64,000 nt of DNA from Chrysomallon squamiferum (Eukaryota; Animalia; Mollusca). The stretch is taken from assembly GCA_012295275.1 (NCBI GenBank), contig CM022671.1, forward strand, positions 19,406,001 to 19,470,000. The letters are read 5' to 3'. This document shows positions 39,922-53,365 of the stretch, piece by piece. The number at the start of each line of letters is the position of its first letter. The first letter of the stretch is position 1. The notes beneath the pieces were generated by a model that saw only the letters and a list, made by a program, of their open reading frames with translations, searched no databases and was not told the origin of the DNA. Made by a program: the position numbers and the translations under genes.

Positions 39922-42424
39922 AGTAAAATTCTTGTACCATGTTTTTGCTCTACAAAGCAGATTATACACCCAGACTAATTAACAGATAATGTGATAGGAT
40001 AATTCTTATGAAACAGTTGCCTAATTGAGCACTATAGGCGATCTGGAAGATACATTAAAAACAAGTTGCTATCAGACCGGTTTATCCTTTATTTTATTCT
40101 TGTTCAGTCTTCCGTGCAATTGTCTGTCGTGATCTTGTTTCTTTAATTAGCGTGATACTCTTTTATTTATATAACATTTCCTTCTTACTTAGCTTAAGAC
40201 ATCAAAACCCACCAAAAGGTCTCATGCATATATACGAAATAAGAAATAACAAATGAGTATACCACGGTACGGAAGGACGTACGTACATAAATTCATAAAT
40301 ACATATATATATGTATATATATACATACACACACATACAGACATAGATGTATACAGAAAAACACATACATACATACATATGTACGTGCATTAAAACATGC
40401 ATACGTATATTCAGATAAACGTGCATAATACATAAATTTATACAAAATTTATACATGTACAAAATAGGAGAAAAAAGAAACAGAAACTGTCAGATATTTG
40501 GAATAAAATAAAGATGAGAGAGAGAGGGAGAGAGAAAGAGATCATCATTATCAAGTTAACAAGTTTCAAAATAAAAGATTTTAACACCAAAAATGTCCTT
40601 TATGAGATAAATTACAATTTAGCGTGTTTCAAAGTGATGTATTCCCTATGAAAAGTCTCACAGTCATTCATTTCACAACTTCATCAAAGCATCACGCATC
40701 AACGTAAGCTTTATTTTTGCACGATTCTTTCAGATAGACAAATAATCTTTGAATCCGTGTAATACATTGTGAGAATCAAGGCACCGTGCAAGTGATTTAC
40801 AAATACTTTCATTTGAAATTGTTTCATAAAATAAATTGGTTCTCAGTAAAAAGAAATCTGTCTGAGCTTGGTTCCTCTGGTTTGGAAAAATTCTTAGTGT
40901 TACGTGGATCAGTCTGCGAAATTAAGACCGGAGTAATGGTCTCTGAAGAGTTGGTCAGATGATTGCAGAGAAAAAGCAATGCGTGATAAAGACAATTCCA
41001 TTACATTGCTATTTACAGATGGCCTGTCTTGTTTCGTTTTAAAAAGAAAGGGAAAATGTGTTGTATAAAAATAAAATTCTTTCTGTTTGTCTTGGGAGAA
41101 ACATGTTATATTCAGTTGCTGGGTTATTTATAAATCTGACTGCTATTTAAAGGTGAATTTGTTTTAAAAATTAAATGAATTGAAATTGAAACTGAAAAAT
41201 TAACTTTATTTAAAAAATTAAATTAAATTAACTTTATTTAAAAAATTAAATTAAATTAAGTTTATTTAAGATATTAAATTATATTAGTTTATTAATATTT
41301 AATTTATTTAAATATGTTTTATATAATTAAATTTAATTTATTTCACCTTGTTTTAATTTAAAAAAAATTAAATTAAAAAAAAAAAATAAAATTATATCAA
41401 CTGTTCAGTCTTTTGTATTTTAATAATATATACTGCTTTATGTCCGTCCCCGATCCTTGACAGTTGATTGTTTTTAATAAAGTTGACATCTAAGAAACGA
41501 GTTTCTGTATAACTTGGCGACTACAACGTAACGCCAACATCTCTAAATATCTCAGGAATGTTATGAATGCGCCATGATGACGGGTGCAGTTTCTTCGAAC
41601 GAGCTATTCTGTAAAGACATCGGCTGCAAACTGCCAGTTCAGAATCAGTTAATCGGTTCTTAATTGATTACCGGACAAGGGAAAATTTTACGAAGGGACA
41701 TAATTACGGCTATTAACAAATGTTTAATACAAACAACGGAACTAAACTAAAAAGAATTATTGAAGTGATTACTTAGTTTGACAGACAAACAGTCTAAGAA
41801 ACAAAGTGCAGTTTAACTGAACGTAAATGGTGTTATATTAATATCAGATTTTTCTGTCACTTTCCCACGCGTTTTCCTTCCTACGTTCTTTCTTTCTTTT
41901 TTCTTCATTCCGTGTGCTTTTCTTTTTTCTTTTCTTCTTTTTTAGTTGTTTCTTTCATTCATCCTTTTTTTTATTCAGTCTTTCTTATTTTTTTTTTTTT
42001 TAATTTATATTTCTTTTTTTTTTTTCTTTTCGTTTTTCTTTCTCTCTTTCTTTCTCTTTAATTTTTATTTTTAATTTTTTTTTTTTTTTAAATGATGAAC
42101 ATTACTGGGAAATAACAACAAAGCTAGTTTATCTTACAGCTGATTTGCGTGATGGAGTGTGTTTTCATCATTTTAAGACGAGAAATTATTTGCACTGTGA
42201 TGATTAAAAAGTATTCTATCTTTCTTTAATCAGGAAGTATCACAAAATCTGTTAGACAAATATCTAATCTCAATCTGAATTTATCTTTCATAGCAACCTT
42301 TGTCCCTATCCAAATCAAAGCAAAAAAAATATAACTATATAAATGTGAAAACGCTAATAACAAATACATGTCCAAAGTTTCTCAGCAAATTGGACATTAT
42401 TATAATAATGAGAAATGAATGAAT

Positions 42425-42482
<58 letters not shown>

Positions 42483-42759
42483 ACACACACACACATGTAT
42501 GAAAGAATAATATCGTAATATTTGTAACATTGTTTTTGGCTTCAACAAGAATAATATTCATTGTATATGACCTACAAGGTAAAAAATTACCGAAGTATAT
42601 CTTATTCCAATAGTGAATACATTGATAGTAAATCAATACTGTGAAACCTGGCGCTAAATTAGATGAATACGAGAAAAATGATGAAATAATTCATCTTCTA
42701 AGACATAATATTTCAATAAACAATTTATATGAAAAAAAATATATACTACTACTACTACA

Positions 42760-42799
<40 letters not shown>

Positions 42800-43518
42800 A
42801 TAATAAGAAGAAGAAGAACAAGAAGAAGAACAAGAAGAACAAGAACAATAACAATAATACAATCTTTTAAAATCTGCGCATATCATAGCCTGAAGATAAA
42901 ATATTATGCGGCGCAGACAAAATTATGTACACAATTAGTAGCGGACTTCCTTTGAGTTTCTGAAACCATCCGGCGATGTTGACAGAAAACGAAATCATCA
43001 AACAAGAGGACTGTAAGACGTTGGTCGGCTTCAGGCTTGTAGAAGTGTTTGTTTGTCAAGATATGAGACAGAAACACGTACAACACTTGATGATATTCCA
43101 GACCCTCCAGTGTGACAGGCAACGAACGTGAAGTAAGTCCCGTGAAAACGAGTACTAAACACTCGCGTCGACCGATTCTCTGACCAGCGGTCAAGAGTGA
43201 TGATCCGGTATTAATTATATCAATAAGCTGTCGAGCTTTATTAAGAAGGAATAACAGTAAAAGTTCCTTTTCATCCAACACGTAACATATTTCCCCCCTC
43301 CTTTAAGTCAGTTTAATTGCATGTTAAGAAAATGTCTGTTTGGAAAATGAACACTTAATAAATTTATCTTGTACGGTATACTTATGTATATGTTAGAAGT
43401 AAATAAGTATATATATATGTGTATTTTTGTTTCAGTCAGAGAGACATACAGATAAATAGAAAGTTAGAAAGATATAGACAGATTTGTAAATAGGCAGATA
43501 AATAGATACGAGACAGAC

Positions 43519-43675
<157 letters not shown>

Positions 43676-45420
43676 AAGGAACAATAGAAAAGATAATTAC
43701 AAGATAATTACCATATTTGAAGTTTAGACAGACCTAATTGATTTTAAAATCAAGAAACCAAACACTTAGTATTGAGACAATAACAAGATGCCAAAATCGT
43801 ATCTCCTGCAATATGGTTTCCATTTGTTATATGTATTTTATTACTACAGTAATATCTATTATAGACTATCTCTTACGTTGATATAGTTTTTATTTTAGTT
43901 CAGATTCGTGAAAAAGTAATAAAAAAAAAATATTAGATCGGTTTAAATGAGTATATGTTTCTACATGAATATAATTATATGTTTCATACATACATCCGTA
44001 CGTGTGTGAGTGTATGTGTGTGTTTACGTGCATAAATACATGCAAACATTTTCATACATATATACATACATATAAAATCACTAACATCACAAATTACATT
44101 CTCTAATTTTACATGATCTTTCTGTCTCGCAGGATACTACTATATATTAAATTTCATTTGTCGAGTTTATAATAGACAAATCTTACTAAATGACAAACAA
44201 TAATATACAGATGTAGGAAGGCTGGATGATAACAGGTCAGTGCAAGCATCAGAACCCAGCAGTATCGCAAACGGAGAACACTTAATTTTGCTGTGAAAGC
44301 TGAGTTTTGAAACTGAACAAATTTGAGTTCAAAAGCCCATTCAGTTATATTGTTATCTCCTAACTAACCAACAGACATATCCTTAATGTCACAGTTTATT
44401 CTTTCTGCGGACTCTTGGCTCTGTGAATGTCTAGGTTTTCTATCACCAACTCTGACCACATTACTTTCGGTACAGACATGTTTTGAAATTTTTGGAATTA
44501 TTCATATTTCTTGATAATACATATTTCCTGTAATATATAAATATATATATACACACACACACACTCACACAAAAGTCCAGGACAGCCTAACAAGAATATA
44601 AATTAGCTTTGTGTATATCTTTAAGAGGACTAATTCTACGTCCTCTCAAGACTCGGCCTACTTTTTAACCAACGAGTTAAATCAGCTTTTATTAATCTGT
44701 CTGAAAGAGCAAGCACAGCATTTAAGACATTGACCTTAACAGATCTAAGGAAGTAACAACTGTTATTCTGTGCAGTACCGATACGTAGAATTATAAAAGT
44801 ATCGAGAAACAGAAGCTGAATGATTAATTGGTTAATATGTTCTGGATTGCAATATGTATAGTGTTTTCCTTTTATAATAGTGAAATAAAAAGCATTTACT
44901 ACTGAACTGAACTGGATTGTTCTTTACATTTATGCTGCAGTCCACGACATATGACGATATTTACATACAACAATTAATATAATTACAAGAAGATGGTGGA
45001 TTTATAAAAATCTACTTAAGTATAAAAATACAAAGCATCAGCCAGAAGATTTAAGCAAAATAAATAAAAATCACGATTAAGCTGTAAGAACAAGCCAGTT
45101 TTGTATGGAAACCAGGTTTTTTTTTTTTTTTTTTTTGATGTGTGTCTGTAGCTAATAAGGAAAAATGAAGACTGCTGATTTTTTCTTTTAAGATAATTAA
45201 TCCTGTTAAACTAATGAATCATCATTAAACAACTCTATTGATAACAAGGGTTGTATACCAACCCTATCTTACACACTTAAATTCTGTATCACAGGAGTCA
45301 ATCCAAAGTAATGTTTTGGTTAGTGATTGATAAATATAGGATTAACTGATGAAAACGATAAGAAAAAGCACTGTCTAATATTATCCAATTTTAAAGACAG
45401 TGAATTTGTAATAATATATT

Positions 45421-45725
45421 GAGAAACAAATGAATATTTAACACACCTTTTGTTATTCATATTTATTAGGTATCAGTCATAGATTTAATTGATGTGAAAG
45501 AAAAAACTTGTTTTACTCAACTGATCATTCAAAGCTAGTAGCTGTAAGCGTGTCAGTTTCTTTTTTCTGTTTTGCTTGCGACTTCTCTTAAATATGAAAA
45601 CATATTACGTTCTTTTATAAGCCATTATTGCACGGTTTGGAACTAGAAAAAATCTCAAGGGATATTTGGCGGAGAATTAACCCTGCGACCTGTCTCACCT
45701 TCTTCACCTATTGAGAAACAACTCT
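45421..45725 (-). mobile_element. Highly decayed SINE copy
   Basis: Ends with GGAACTAGAAAAAATC..GGAGAATTAACCCTGCGACC..CCTATTGAGAAACA, like the reverse complement of a tRNA-type head; weak similarity only. Confidence 0.35.
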
Positions 45726-46237
45726 CTTTGTGAATCCAACAGTGTAGATGATGATGGGATGACAACGACGACAACGACAACGACGACGATGATTATGATA
45801 ATATTAATAATACAAAACTAACAAGAATATCGTAAGTAAATAAACAAAATATATATTCTATCATCGCAAAACATCTGTTCTCTTAAAAGGATTATTGATT
45901 TCGGCCAAGCTTGTGTCTTATCTTGTATCTGGCTGAATTTTCATTTTTTTTTTGTGTGTGCAAATTTATTCAAAGAACGGTTATGTTTTACATCAAAGAA
46001 CAGTATTCTATGCTAGTGTTGTTAGACATGCTTTCATTCGTTTTTTTTTATTTTTTATATTTATGTATTTATGCTTAAATTGCATTTTTTTTCTCTCGTA
46101 CTGACACTATTAAATTATATCATTTTGAAGTAAAAACAAAGAAAAAAAAAGAAAAGAAAAATGAAAGAAGAAGAAGGAATTAGATATTTTCTTATTAATT
46201 TTCTCGCATACACGAATGCACGTAAACTGATACCCGA

Positions 46238-46250
46238 CGCGCGCGCGCGC

Positions 46251-46334
<84 letters not shown>
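46238..46334. repeat. (CG)7 directly followed by (TC)n
   Basis: Direct inspection. Confidence 0.95.
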
Positions 46335-46338
<4 letters not shown>

Positions 46339-46530
46339 GTATTTTTATGTATGTGTGTATGTGTATAAATTTTCTTCTATTTTTCAATCCGCCCTCAGAG
46401 TATCATACACGCACTACTTTATTCCCGTCGATCTACTTTTTTTGTTTCATGTTGAGAAATGGACGTCTCAGCAGTAAGAATGGACATTAAATCGCTTGGC
46501 TTAGAAGATCGATAAGGTGGCCCTTCATTC

Positions 46531-46732
46531 TATAAACGCCATCCGTTAAGACACGTGGTCACACACACACACACACGACGTTTAACTTCGGCGGCGTCTT
46601 ACGACACCATTAACTTCGGATAGTTAGCCTTAACAGTTTTTCGGGATTTATCATTCAGACGTGATAATCGGATACCTTAATTACAGTTCAAAATTTATAA
46701 ATACTGAAGGGAAACGAATATTTGAGGTAAGC
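46531..46732 (+). promoter_or_regulatory. Candidate TATA promoter and non-coding first exon of an unidentified plus-strand transcript
   Basis: TATAAA at 46531-46536, CACGTG just downstream, CpG-rich ~170-bp stretch, strong donor GAG|GTAAGC at 46727. Confidence 0.35.
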
Positions 46733-46751
46733 GATGATTTAGTTATTTATT

Positions 46752-46814
<63 letters not shown>

Positions 46815-49289
46815 GTTGTTGTTGTTGTTAATGTTGTTGTAATAGTTATTATTAGTATTATTATTTAAAATTGTGTTTGGAATTAACTGTTAAAATTATG
46901 AAAAGAAATAAATAAATAAATGAATGAATGAATGAAATGAAATAAAATGAAAGAAATTATAAATTACTATGAAGTATTTAATAAGTTAATTTAATATGCA
47001 TAACAAACAGAGGCACAAACATATCCGTAAGTCCATTCATTTATACTTTTTATGATTATCTGCTTAACTTTTCAACACAATCTACGATTTGTCGTACATA
47101 AATATTTTTGTATAATCAATCGAGATAAGAAATATGATAAAACCATTTTTGTTTTAGCTATTTTTATCATTTAGTGTGATAGCTTCTCGGGGTTTTGGTG
47201 TTTTTTTTTTCTTTCTGTTACTGTTATGGGTACATGTAGGTTAAAACGAACTAGATTTTATATATGAATGGCAAATAGTTTTTTTAAATTAGTGAACTGA
47301 AAATGATTGTAAATATTTCTATTTTCCTATTGACATGGTAAAAACAGAATAAAGCTAAATAAGAAAATAACAAGATAACAATCCATTGAGATAATGAATG
47401 AATGAGTGATACTTAATCATATTTTCATAACAACGGTAACGATTTTGTAACAACACACAGAGAGAAGCTCGCTTTGGCGCATTCTTAACCCAACATATCT
47501 TAAACTGGTGAATGATTCCCACCAAGCTAAATGAAATTATTTAACGACGAATGAAACGAGAGTGATAGTGAGATTAAATTTATAGAAAATATTAAGAAAC
47601 TTAGTCTCAAAGTAAATGAAATTTTGTGATAAAAATCGAGAGTGAATGGCACTGAGATAGTTCAAGAAGTACAGTCTTAACCGATAAACAGAAAATTCAC
47701 TTTTCAATAGATAAGAAAATATAATTATGTCACGACCTTTGATACACTCGTCGTATAGCACTGGCAGACATTTTGAAATTTAGTTGTTGTATGTTATATA
47801 AGTTACAAGTGTCTAGTTTGCAACAACTGGTACTCGAGTGTATTTTCAGTTTCAACCAAGACGTTGGTGTGTTTGTATTAAAACTGAAGAGGGTCCACTC
47901 GGCTTTATAGATAATACATAACTATTGATAGTCAATCGATATACAAAAGAGTCTAACACGTTAAAACTTTTAAAGTGAAAATGCACGGTTATTGACATGT
48001 AAAATCAAAAACCACAGATGAAAAAAGGATGACAGAGAAACAATTTTAAAAAAACACCGTGAAGGATAAAAATAGCAGGTTTCCTTGCTTTTTAAGTCAG
48101 AACTTGCATTCAGAACTTGCAGACTGTTAAAAGGAAAAGCATGCGGTTAAAACGAGAATATTAATAGAGGTTATAGAACGTAAATGAAGTAAAAAAAAAA
48201 ATACTATCATCTTCCTGAGTGAACTTTTGAAATATATTTCTTCATTTTATCGTAGTTCAGAACATAAAATTGCTGAAGAGAAAAATAATAAAATGATGTT
48301 TTTAAAATATTTTACTGCATACCTAGAAATATTGGTTTCGAAATAAAATCACTACTCTGTTATTACTTTTATTTTGTTATTCCGGCCAGAACTAGCCTTT
48401 TTTTCTTCTTTGTTGTAAAACAGGGATTTTTGATTAAAAAACTCCATCATTTGTACAGCTGGGAGATGTGTGTATATCGATTAATTTATATATAGTATTT
48501 TTCGCAGTAGTTAAATGATTGTCTTTCTTTACTTACCTGCATTCTAATACGAAAAACAATTCATTGTTTACCTACGATGACAAATGTAATTATCTCCTAT
48601 TCTTTGAAAATGTATTTTGAACTGATATCCTTAGCCACTAGTCACCACACAAAAGATTTTTGTGTTACCGTATTGAAAATAATATTTTCGTGGTATTTTG
48701 GTTAATAATCCAGACTGTGGTATTTTTTTTTTTTTGTTTTAATGAACAAATCAAAATGTATAGAGGCCTTAAACACAAAAATTTCCTTTTAAATCCAAAT
48801 TAAAATATTCTTCAAACCAGTTAACAAAGATCTTTATAAAACCTATTTAGAAATTTAACTCCATTGTTTCTGTTTGTTATTTTTTGGTTTATAACTGATG
48901 TACCAACTGTGTTTTGTATTACAACCACAGAAGATGGATAAACGAAGAGGTACCTGTTCAGGTTATAAAAAATAGTTTTAACATACTGTCACATGAGATT
49001 TTAGACTCGTTTCCACGATTCTAAAAATGTAAAACACAATTTTTCTAACTTCGATATTGGGGTTTTTGTAGTCTTCGTTTTTGCAATGTTTTACAGTTAT
49101 TCTTTATTTTTGTTGTTATTATCCTTTTCTGTTTTTTTTTTATTACGTTGTCGATACGATTGTTCATTTTCTTATTTATCTCATTGTTCATATCGATGTT
49201 CATTTTCTTCTAATCCTTTTAATGCTTTGTTCAGTTTTTATTCAATTTTTTGTTGTTCTTCTTTTCCGTTTCTCGTTGTTCTTTATATA

Positions 49290-49400
49290 TGTATATGAAA
49301 CAGAATGAAATATATAAATATATATATATATATCTATATGAAAGAGAATGAAATATATATATATATATATGTATGTATACGAAACAGAATGCAATATATT
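49290..49400. repeat. Three tandem copies of a ~43-bp unit (TATATGAAACAGAATGAAATATAT..)
   Basis: Direct inspection. Confidence 0.8.
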
Positions 49401-49764
49401 ATTAATTCATTTTTCATTCTGTTTTATTATCGTTGTTCATCGTGATGAAGTTTTAATTTTTATTCATTTTTATTTATTTTGTTGATCGTGCTCTTCTTGT
49501 TCTTTTCCCTGTTTTGCTTAATTAATTTATTTCTTATTTTCTTACTATTCTGCTTTTATAAAAAATAATTGTTGCTGTATTTATTGTTATGGTTGTTCCT
49601 TTCCACATTCTTGAACTTGCACGATTCTTTGTTTTTCTTAAAACTTTTTCTTAATTTTCTTCTATTACCTTAATTTTTAACATTAATTTAACTTTTTATT
49701 TCGAGAAGAAACACTTCTAACAAAGCATAAAATAAATTAATAAAAAAAAAAAAAAAAAAAAAAA

Positions 49765-49807
<43 letters not shown>

Positions 49808-51526
49808 TATAATAATAATAATAAAAAACAAATTTAAAAAAATAAAATAAAATAAAGTAAAAATATTTAAAATTAAAAATAAAAATAAAAATAATAATAA
49901 AAATAAAATAAACAAGTGTGGGCAGTTTTAGATTCAGGATTAGTCATTGGTGAATTTTTTTTTATTATTTAACCAGTCTCCATTGTTTGAAATGCACCAC
50001 ACTTCTGTCTCGCAAGGTGGTTTATCTAAATATTTCAGTACGAAACATCAACCAATATAATAAACATCTGCAGTCAATTTTCCTTGATAAACTATAATTT
50101 AAAATAAAATTAACATTTAAAATCACACAGAAAGATGAAAGAAAATAGAAAATATCTTTAAGAAATACAAGTCCTCACCTGTATTTCCTAAGCAAATATT
50201 CACTAATTATTTTAAAAGAACACCGATTTTAATGATCCGTTTCTGTTACGCAAGAAGTTGGAAATGTTCGATGTCTTAAAAGGAAATACAAAAATGACCG
50301 AGGATGGTATCACGAAAGGTCTATTTTGCTTAGGCTGCAGACGGAATTGCTAAAAGAAGATCTTGTCTATTACAGTAATTATTAATATAACATAGATAAT
50401 GAAGCATGATGGCAATTAATCACAGCCTGCATCTTGATTAAAACAGATATCCGATATATATGAATGAAACTTGTCCTTGGTGTATTAGAAACATGTAATT
50501 AACAGTTTTTTAATTACACAGATGGAATATTACAGTAGCTCGTCACTCTCTTAATCAGCAGTTGTTATTTGTAATCATACATATTCTCATCCTGACAGAC
50601 AAAATGACGTCTTGCTGCTCTTTCAGAATTGTGTTTTTTAGTTCCAAAACAGAAAATGAAATTATACAACGCACGTGACTTAAGTTGTGTAGGTGTGCAG
50701 TAAGTGAAAGGGATAAATAAAAAGTCGCTTGCATTAACTTCGCAAAAACATACCTTCCAACAGAATGTACATGCCAAGGTGTTTGATTAACCAATGGAGA
50801 AGAGTCCAGGATGGGAAATGGTGTCCGAAGGAGGATATATTATATTACCCATCGTACATCGGGACTTTAGTGTATCGCCGGACTAGAATCACAATACGAA
50901 TAATAATAATAATAAAAAATGATAAAAGGAAACATTTTCAATAATTAAAAAGATGAGGTTAAGGAATAATAATTTTATGTGCAAAGCAAAGGGACAAACT
51001 GAAAAAAAAACCTGAATACAACACGAATTAGGAATAAAAACAAGAACAAGGACATAACGAAGTCATCAGCAATAAAATAATTATCTGTTGTCACTGGTGA
51101 AAACCGCAAATTTCTCCGGAGATGTCTTTGTTTGTATTCCATCATGACGCACGTGACTGAACAGAGTTCTGTGAACAGGAGTCTACGTCATCAATGAATG
51201 TTTGGTTCTGATTACAAAGATGTCAACAGAGAAATAGCTCAGAGTAACTGCCTGTTTATATTTGTCATTTACTCTGTGTACTCGGGACTGTATGGCTTGG
51301 TGAAACACCACGCTGCAGTTTGTATGTTTAACCAGTTGATTTTTTTTTACCTGACAAATAAAACGAAATACAGCTTAGATCATGGAGTGGCAGAAAAAAA
51401 AAAAAAAAATCTGTGGTATTTTTTCTTATCTTTTTAAAAAAGAAATTATATTATAATGTAAATATTCTGTTTCATTTTTGATTGGAAATGTCGTCACTAT
51501 ATCAGAAACGCTGAAACACTATATCG

Positions 51527-51784
51527 AAATAAAAATAAATAAATCAATAAAATAATAATAATAAAAAGAAACCCAACAGGCTAACCAACTTATTCATCAG
51601 ACACCCCAAAACTATATATCTATACACTAGTACATAAACTATATATACATACACTAATATATATAGTATATATAGTATACTAGTTTATAGATATATAGTT
51701 TTGGGGTGTCTGATGAATAAGTTGGTTAGTCTCTTGGTTTTTTTTTATATTATTATTATTTTGTTTATTTATTTATTTTTATTT
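51527..51784. repeat. Long inverted repeat / foldback (~260 bp)
   Basis: Perfect 44-bp arms at 51581-51624 and 51686-51729, extending imperfectly inward and outward. Confidence 0.95.
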
Positions 51785-52379
51785 AAAAGTGACATATTTC
51801 AACCACAACAGCGAAAATTTCCTGTAACGAAGACGAAGTTTTAAATCATATATTTTAACTTCACAATGAAAAGGGCAGAAATAATATTGAATATTAAGTG
51901 ACATGGAAGTGTCTTTCATGTCAATCTATTGTAATGTAGGATGACAAATTGGACTCCTGGTTTATGTCTTTCTTTTAAATCAACACGCTTATATATCGCC
52001 AAGACAGATGTAATTATAGTTTTTATTTAGACCTTACGTCGGGGCCAGGTTTAGACGATGAAAAAAATAGATTAGAGTATTGATATTCAGAAAATGATAA
52101 ATTAAAAAAAAAAAAAAAACACAAAAAAACAAACATAAAGAAGAACAAAGAAAATCATAGTCTGAAAGAAAATACCAAAGGGAAATGAAAGCGACAAAAC
52201 AAATACTAAATGAATGTCTGTGTGACAGAAAAAAGAAAGAGATTGTAATGAGTTATGGTGTACAAAAAGAAATTCAGAGAGAGACGGATCGAGAGAGGAA
52301 GAAAGAGAAAAAAGAAAGAATGTGATAGGTAGAAAGGAAGGCAGTAGGAGAAAGGGATTGTGTGTGTGTGTGAGTGAGT

Positions 52380-52507
<128 letters not shown>

Positions 52508-53074
52508 ATGGTCTTTCGGTTAATTAAATACATTTACTGATATATTTATAGGTATCAAATAGCTTTCGAGAAACTTCAAATGTCAAATATAACTCAAGGG
52601 ACAAAGGTCTTTATAAAGCCCCCCGTGCTTCTAAATAAGGCTGGAACAGTATGTGTCTGTATGTATGTATTCTACTGTAATTATATATATATATATTTAT
52701 GTATAACATTTATAACTATGCACATACACGGATTTCTTTTTGTATGTAAGCATTTATGTATGTATTAATACTTAAAGGTACATACATCCATCCATGATAA
52801 ATAAACGTTTCAGTTTCTTTCAGCAAGATTTGTTGTACGCACCAATCATCGACTTCTTTGTTCTCTAGTTACAAAGAATGGAAAAGCCTTTAGCTCATTA
52901 ACATTGTGCGAGATTTTGTAACTTATATCCAACCGTGTCATTTTCATGATAACACATTGTAATGATGTTCTATGCTTCTAGTGTTGCCTCTTTCCAGGAA
53001 GTGTAGAACTTTATAGAAGAATTATCTTACAGAAGCGTGTTTCGTCTTAGAAGTTTTATACCAGTGTCGTAATT

Positions 53075-53365
53075 GGAACGGAATGTAGCTCAGTAGTTGA
53101 ATGACAGCCTGGGGTTTGACTAGTCGGATGATCAAATCTAGTTGGGATTCCTACTAAGCTGTTTAGCAGTATCCTAGAGTGATAAATGCATTCTGCATTT
53201 GGGAATAAGTTTATAAAAAATCGCTTGACGCTGAACATAAAAGAATAACCAATTGCTTGTCACCTGCAGGATTCCTCCTTCATTATCTATGTGGTCCTTA
53301 AACATTTTTACAATACCATCTAATCGTAGATTTATAATCTGAAGGTGTTTCTTGTTTATTATTTT
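53075..53365 (+). mobile_element. Near full-length decayed tRNA-derived SINE
   Basis: A-box-like head GGAATGTAGCTCAGTAGTTGAA, degenerate B-box GATCAAATC, core TATAAAAAATCGCTTGACGCT, tail TATCTATGTGGTCCTTAAACAT..CCATCTAATCGTA. From memory it resembles an abundant gastropod SINE. Confidence 0.65.

Noticed and set aside
42904-43281. 125-aa minus-strand ORF in a complex island
   Set aside because: Non-ATG start, no recognisable domain, no convincing flanking splice sites; the alternative 51-aa plus-strand ORF is also unrecognisable. blastx would settle it.
48531-48560. Perfect minus-strand donor CAG|GTAAGT with a nearby acceptor (7-nt micro-exon)
   Set aside because: No associated reading frame or neighbouring exons; compatible with chance.
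53075-53150. Functional tRNA gene
   Set aside because: B-box is degenerate, no cloverleaf can be folded, and it continues into a SINE body.
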